A stretch of DNA of 64,000 bases from the NCBI RefSeq assembly GCF_009914755.1, contig NC_060936.1; one strand, 5' to 3'. Under the pieces are notes generated by a model that made no database searches, had not been told where the DNA came from, and saw only the letters and a list, made by a program, of their open reading frames with translations. This DNA is from the human T2T-CHM13v2.0 reference genome, Homo sapiens. Both the position numbers and the translations under genes were made by a program. Below are positions 55,958 to 64,000 of the stretch, piece after piece. How positions within the stretch are numbered: position 1 is the first letter of the stretch; the number at the start of each line of letters is the position of its first letter.

Positions 55958-56745
55958 TCTCTCATTGGTTTGTAGAGACATCATTTCTTAAAATGACCCA
56001 ATCTTGTCTGCATTAAAAGTTGGCAAAGAGAGGCAGAATCTCCCACCTGTTTAGGCTGGAACTTGGCACTTATTATACCTATGCCATCACACTTAACTGC
56101 TTATTTTATTCTACTTACCTGCTCATGGAGATCTGGTATATTAACTCCATGAAGGGACTATTTGCTACTATATTTAGTATAATATTTCCTCATAATCAGC
56201 ATTTAAAAGATGGCTTTTGGGTCTCTGTAGTAGTATGCAAGATTAAGTAAGTTGAAATCCTGGATAGCTTATAATTTGCATATAGTTCTTAGTTTAAGGG
56301 CTTCTTGAACTTTAATCTTAGGAAGAATTTCTTCATATATCAGATTTCATTATACTCCTCAACATAGTGTTTGGCCAATGAAAGTACACTAATTTCTGTT
56401 AACATCCATTTGTTATCTCCTCAATGAAGAATTTGGTTATTATATACAAGAAATTTGCCTTATTAGATATATGTTGTATGCTCCCTGAAGGCAGTGCCAA
56501 ACTTACTCTGTTAAGTACTCTGAATGTTTTTTCAATGAATAACATTTGACAGTGTTCTTTACATACAAATCTCCAAAAAATTGTCATACCTATAATCTTT
56601 GATTCTACAACTTAGTTTCTTTAGGATATTAACCCAGCCTCTGCAAATTTACTCAGTTGGAAATTAAAATGAATAGTTTCTTTAATGGCATTAATAATAT
56701 CACTACTTGTCACGTTTGAGTGATACCCTTTCTTTTAAATTTCAG

Positions 56746-56849
56746 CTTCTCCCATGGTACAAGTTGATGAGAAGGGTGAGAAAGTGAGACCAAGTCATAA
56801 GCGTTGTATTGTAATTCTTAGAGAGATTCCTGAAACAACACCAATAGAG
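56746..56849 (+). CDS. LARP4: LARP4 exon 6 ([35 protein letters not shown]), end of La motif and start of RRM
   Basis: tttcAG|ct tct... to ata gag|GTAAAT. 104 nt, phase 1 to 0. Confidence 0.97.
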
Positions 56850-57353
56850 GTAAATTATTAATAATTGTTAACACTAAATGTTCTCTGTTTAAATTAAAAG
56901 AGGTTTCTTCTGCCTTTCGTGGCAAAGAAGAAAAATTGGAAGAGGTACACAAGCAAAGCATAAGTCAGTGCCTTCATCAGTTACTGTGAAAAGGTTAAAT
57001 ACTAATTTGTTTCATTAATTCTGAAGTACTAGGATGGTATAGAGAAAGGAAAAGATATAGTTCTATTTTCTTAGAAGGGTAGACAAAGTATTGCAGTGAA
57101 ACATTCTGAATTTACTAGATTGATTCAATGGCAACTAATATATAAATAGGCTATTTTGGGAACTTGAGAATTCATCTGTAAGAATGAATGAAAAACTAGA
57201 TTTTGATTAAGGATTAAGGAGGCAGGGCTGGGCGCGGGGTGGCTCATGCCTGTAATCCCAGCACTTTGGGAGGCTGAGGCAGGCGGATCGTGAGGTCAGG
57301 AGATGGAGACCATCCTGGCTAATATGGTGAAACCCCATCTCTACTAAAAATCA

Positions 57354-57479
<126 letters not shown>

Positions 57480-59450
57480 TTACAGAGTGAGACTCTTTGT
57501 CTCAAAAAAAAAAAAAGGGATTAAGGAGGCAGGACTAACCCTATTGTTCAGCGAAATATTATATAAAGCAAAGTTGCAGTCATAAAGATGGTATGGTACA
57601 CGTACCGGAATAAAATAATATTTGAATGATACATTATAATCAATTTGACAATTAGATTCTCCCAGTTATTACTTTGCAATTATTTAAAGCCAAAGGTTTT
57701 ATTGCCTGTTTTACTGATGAAATAACTGACAGTTAGGATGGTTACGTAGCTTGCTCAAGGATACAAGGGCTCTTAAATGACAGGAGTTTGGGTTTGAACA
57801 TGATCTCTCTGATTCTAAAGCCCATGTTTCATAATCACTGTGCCACAGAGCTTCATGTTAAGTTGCCATGATAAGGTGATATACATTAAAGAAGATGAGG
57901 ATAATTAGTAACTGACATTGTAATTGATTAGCTATTTAGAACAGAGTGTTATTTTGTTTTATTTTTTGAGACAGGGTTTCAGTCTGTCACCCAGGGTGGA
58001 GTGCAGTGGCACAGTCATGGCTTACTGTAGCCTTGACCTCATGGGCTCAAGCGATCCTCCCATCTCAGCCTCCTGAGTAGTTGGGACTACTGGCACATGC
58101 CACCATGCCTGGCTAATTTTTGTACTTTTTTGTAGAGATGGGGTTTTGCCATGTTGCCTAGGCTGTTCTCAAGCCTCTGCGCTCAAGCAATCTGTGCACC
58201 TTGGCCTCCCAAAGTGCTGGGATTACAGGCGTGAGCCACTGTGCCCCATTTCATTATCATTTTTGCGGTTATTACAATTCATATTCTGAATACATAAAGA
58301 GTTCATACACATGAAAAACAGTAAATAAAACAAGGTACCAAATGTTTTGTTGGGTTTTTGAGGAGTTTTTTGTTTTTTGCTTTTAAAATTTTTTTTTCAT
58401 GTTAAGAAATTTTTCCTCAATCAATGGTTTTCTGAGACAGGTCTTGCCGTGTCACTGAGGGTGTAGTACAGTGGTACGATCATAGTTCATTGCAGCCTCA
58501 AACTCCTTGGCTCAAGCAGTCCTCCTACCTCAGCCACCCAAGTAGCTGTGACTACGGGAGCCAGCCACCATGCCCAGCCAATTTTCACTTTTTTTTGGTA
58601 AAGATGGTGTCTAGCTATGCTGTACAGGCTCATCCTGAGCTCAAGCAATTCCCCTACTTCAATCTCCCAAAGTGCTGAGATTACAGAAGTGAGCCACTGA
58701 GCTCTCAGGCTGCATTTGACCTTTGCTATTTCAGTAGATATTTTCTTTCCTTCTGTTACTTCTTAAGGATACTTAATGTTCACTTAATTTTTTTTTTTAA
58801 TAAGCTTCTTTCAATCCATTAACAGTTTTACCATTTTGAGTTTTGGTAGTCACCCTTTTTCTGAATCCATATAGCTGTTGGAGTTTCTGTTTACATTTAT
58901 ACTAATTACGGAAAAGAGAAGATATGTTTGCACATTAACTAATGTATGTGTTGTAAGCAAAGCAACTGGATTAAATGAGAATGCGTGAAAATTTGTATTG
59001 CCTAGAAAATGTTAATGAAAGATATCACTTGTCCTGTGGGAGGCCAGGCAGGAAAAGGACAGGGGAGATTTCACTAAGCATTTAGCTTGCCACTGGAAGT
59101 GAAATACTTACGCTTTGCTTATTGTAAAATAAATCATCCCAAAATCATGTACAAAATACATCTCCTGGCCAAGTGGAGTGGCTCGTGCCTGTAATCTCAG
59201 CACTTTGGAGTGCTCAGGCGGAAGGATCGCTTGCATCCGGGAGTTTGAGACCAGACTCAAATATATCTCCTATTAACTCTGTATTTGTTTTGAAACAGCC
59301 CATCCTCAGTGGAAAAATGGGCAAAAGTTAAGTGAAGTGATAGGACCAAAGACATGAAGATAGGCTTAACATTACTAGTAAACAAACCAACAAAAAATGC
59401 CAATTATTGATGTATTTTTTAGAGTTAACTAATTTTCTTTTTCTTTTTAG

Positions 59451-59561
59451 GAAGTGAAAGGTTTGTTCAAAAGTGAAAACTGCCCCAAAGTGATAAGCTG
59501 TGAGTTTGCACACAATAGCAACTGGTATATCACTTTCCAGTCAGACACAGATGCACAACAG
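59451..59561 (+). CDS. LARP4: LARP4 exon 7 ([37 protein letters not shown]), RRM
   Basis: ctttttAG|gaa gtg... to caa cag|GTAAGA. 111 nt, phase 0 to 0. Confidence 0.97.
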
Positions 59562-59851
59562 GTAAGAAGAAAACATTTTCTGATACAAGTCCATCCTAGT
59601 GGCAAAATAAGTAGTGGTATATTTTAATTGAGAAAATGTGTGTTTACACTGATGTTTATCAAGACTAGTGAGTACCTTGGTCACCCTTTTGCTTTTGCTC
59701 AATTGGTTTCCTTTTTGATCATCTTCCTAAAGTTTTTCAGTTTTGATTTAGGAAGTTTGTTTTCTGTCGATAAGAATATTAACATAACAGTTTTAAAATT
59801 AACATAGGGATCGAGAACCATGTACCTAGTGGTATTTTTAGTACATAATAG

Positions 59852-60224
<373 letters not shown>

Positions 60225-60601
60225 TAAAGAGAAATAATCCTTTGAAACACAAATATATCTATGATAAGGGTGTTTAAAAATCACTCACGGATTTTTATTT
60301 TTTAAAACAATTTATTAGAAAGTTGATCATTTTTAAATTGGTTTCTAGGGATATTTTGGGTCTGTTTTCAATCCTAATGCATTTTGTCTGCAGTAATCCA
60401 TGGTGGCTTTTCTACAATAAATATGAACTGTGATTGAGAAGGCGTTACATTTTTACTTTTTCATTCCCTGTCCACCTGCACAGTGGAATCACCTACATAA
60501 TTTTGTTTTTATAGTTTAATACTAAACTCTCAACATAATAAAGATAACTTTACTGAAATGTTTGAATGCTAATGAAAGTTTTTTTTGTGCTTTGTTAACA
60601 G

Positions 60602-60655
60602 GCTTTTAAATACTTAAGAGAAGAAGTTAAAACATTTCAGGGCAAGCCAATTATG
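60602..60655 (+). CDS. LARP4: LARP4 exon 8 (AFKYLREEVKTFQGKPIM), RRM; gene continues beyond the window
   Basis: ttaacAG|gct ttt... to att atg|GTAAGA. 54 nt, phase 0 to 0. Confidence 0.97.
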
Positions 60656-61949
60656 GTAAGAAATAGAGATCAGTGTGAAACCAGAACAGGTTTTGGTTCT
60701 CTGTATGAGAATTTAAAAAATACAGACAGATAATATTTTATAAAAACCCATAGTGACTTTCAAAAAGTTTCTGGCTTGGTCCAGGCGTGGTGGCTCACAC
60801 CTGTGATCCCAGCACTTTGGGAGTCCAAGGCAGGTGGATAGCATGACGCCAGGAGTTCGAGACCAGCCTTGCCAATATGATGAAACCCCATCTCTACTAA
60901 AAATAGAAAAAATTAGCCGGGTGTTGTGGCACACGCCTGTAGTTCCAGATACTTGAGAGGCTGAGGCAGGAGAACTGCTTTAACCCGGGAGGCGTAGGTT
61001 GCAGTGAGCAGAGATTGCATCACTGCACTCCAGCCTGGGGGACAGAGCAAGACCTTGTCTCAAAAACAACAACAACAAATTTTCTGGCTTGTATTATGTG
61101 CTACTTCAGAAAATCCTTTGATAAGCCATAAAAATACTTTGTGTACAGCAATTCTTTACAAAGGGGTAACTTCAAATAGCATGAGGTTTAATTAGATGCT
61201 GATTTACAACATATGAGATAATTCCAGATCTCAAAATGAGCAATAGAAATAATTTTTAGTAACAGATGAAAAATATTCACAGTACTTTCAACCTCATCTC
61301 AATTAACTGCATCACTACGTACCATCAATACAACCATTTGGAAACCTAGGCATTGTCACTGATGACACATTTGATCCCTGTCTTTACATGTCTAATCTGT
61401 TCTCAGGTCCTGTGAAAATGCTTTCCAAAAATCTCCCATTGTTTAGGCTTGAACACTTGGAGTAGCCTCTTAACTGCTGTGTTACCAGTTTTTCCCCCCC
61501 TTAACAATCTGTTCTTCACATTGCTACCAGAGCTAGTGTTCTAAACCATAATCCAGTAACATACACTTAGTTCGACTTGATCCTCATTCCCTGTGTGCTA
61601 TAGTTATTCTTATTTGTAAATGTAATACATTATTCTTACTAATCCCTCTGTGTTGAACTCTGTGTGTCACTTTCTGTTTTAAGCACTTTACATGTATTGA
61701 CTCATTTAATCCTTACAGGAACCTAATGAGATAGTGCTTTTGTTTTCTTCAGTTTCCTAGTGAGGATAATAAGACACGAGGGTAACCTACCTAGTTTCAC
61801 ATAACTAGTAAGTGGAAGAACTAGGATAACAGTGACTTACATTTATTAAGAGGTTCTAAGAACTTACCATATTTAAATCTCATAATTGCTGTGAAGTAGG
61901 TGGGATTATTAGTTTCCATATTACAGATGAGGCTGTTTTCTAGCTGTCA

Positions 61950-63520
<1,571 letters not shown>

Positions 63521-64000
63521 TAACACCTGGAAAGACAGGTGCAGAAGCAAGGAATGCTATACTCCAATCCTGGTGGTGCTTTCTGCCACCAGCTGTTGTA
63601 TCTTGAGTATGTCAGGCCAACCTGTAAGGTTCTGGTTTGTTTCTTTGTAGTGTCCATGCTCTTCATTTCTAAAGTTCTGTGATTTAGAAGTGATGACGTT
63701 GGAGGAAAGGGACATTAAGTGGATAATGTTTATCCACTCATTTCCTAATTTATTGATGATTTCATTAAGAGGCAGTGCTTCATTCTGTTTCAATTGTGAT
63801 TTCTGTGCCTGAAAATAACTGGTATCAGTTCCTTTCAGCCTAAGGAACTTCCATTGGTGTTTGTTACAGTACCAACCAGCAACGAATTCTCTTAGTTTTT
63901 CCTTAACTAAAAATGTCTGGTATTTCACACTCTTTTTTGAGACAGTGTCTTGCTTTATCACCCAGGCTGGAGTGCAGTGGTACAATCTCAATTCATTGCA

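Noticed and set aside
63557-63991. 144-aa minus-strand ORF with a non-Alu C-terminal half, considered as a retrogene
   Set aside because: It starts in an Alu, crosses L1-like sequence and ends in a degenerate MIR-like stretch ('tgacatactcaagatacaacagctggtggcaga'). No recognisable protein.

Overview
Human (primate) genomic DNA, extremely Alu-dense, from the head-to-head FAM186A/LARP4 locus (recognised from the encoded peptides; 12q13 from prior knowledge). On the minus strand lie FAM186A coding exon 1 (15346-15537) and about 15 kb of its intron 1. On the plus strand lie the LARP4 CpG-island promoter (~19.7-20.7 kb) and coding exons 1-8 (804 nt, 268 codons: PAM2w motif, La motif and most of the RRM). 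All LARP4 junctions are GT-AG and phase-consistent, and the gene continues past the window end. Nearly every other ORF in the track is an Alu, L1 or microsatellite artefact. Repeats include ERV1-type LTRs (MER52-, MER21- and MER61-like), an ERVL pro/RT fragment, old L1s, Tigger/MER2 DNA transposons and a probable Alu-shattered 3'-UTR retrocopy. I see no novel multi-gene system. The best leads are RNA-level: (1) a 27-nt palindrome that hides a consensus 5' splice site behind a U1-like CTTACCTG arm; (2) poison or alternative exons and a dual-specificity splice site that would remodel the PAM2w-bearing N-terminus of LARP4; (3) inverted Alus flanking phase-0 exon blocks whose back-spliced circles would be stop-free. 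Repeat family names are from recall and need RepeatMasker confirmation.
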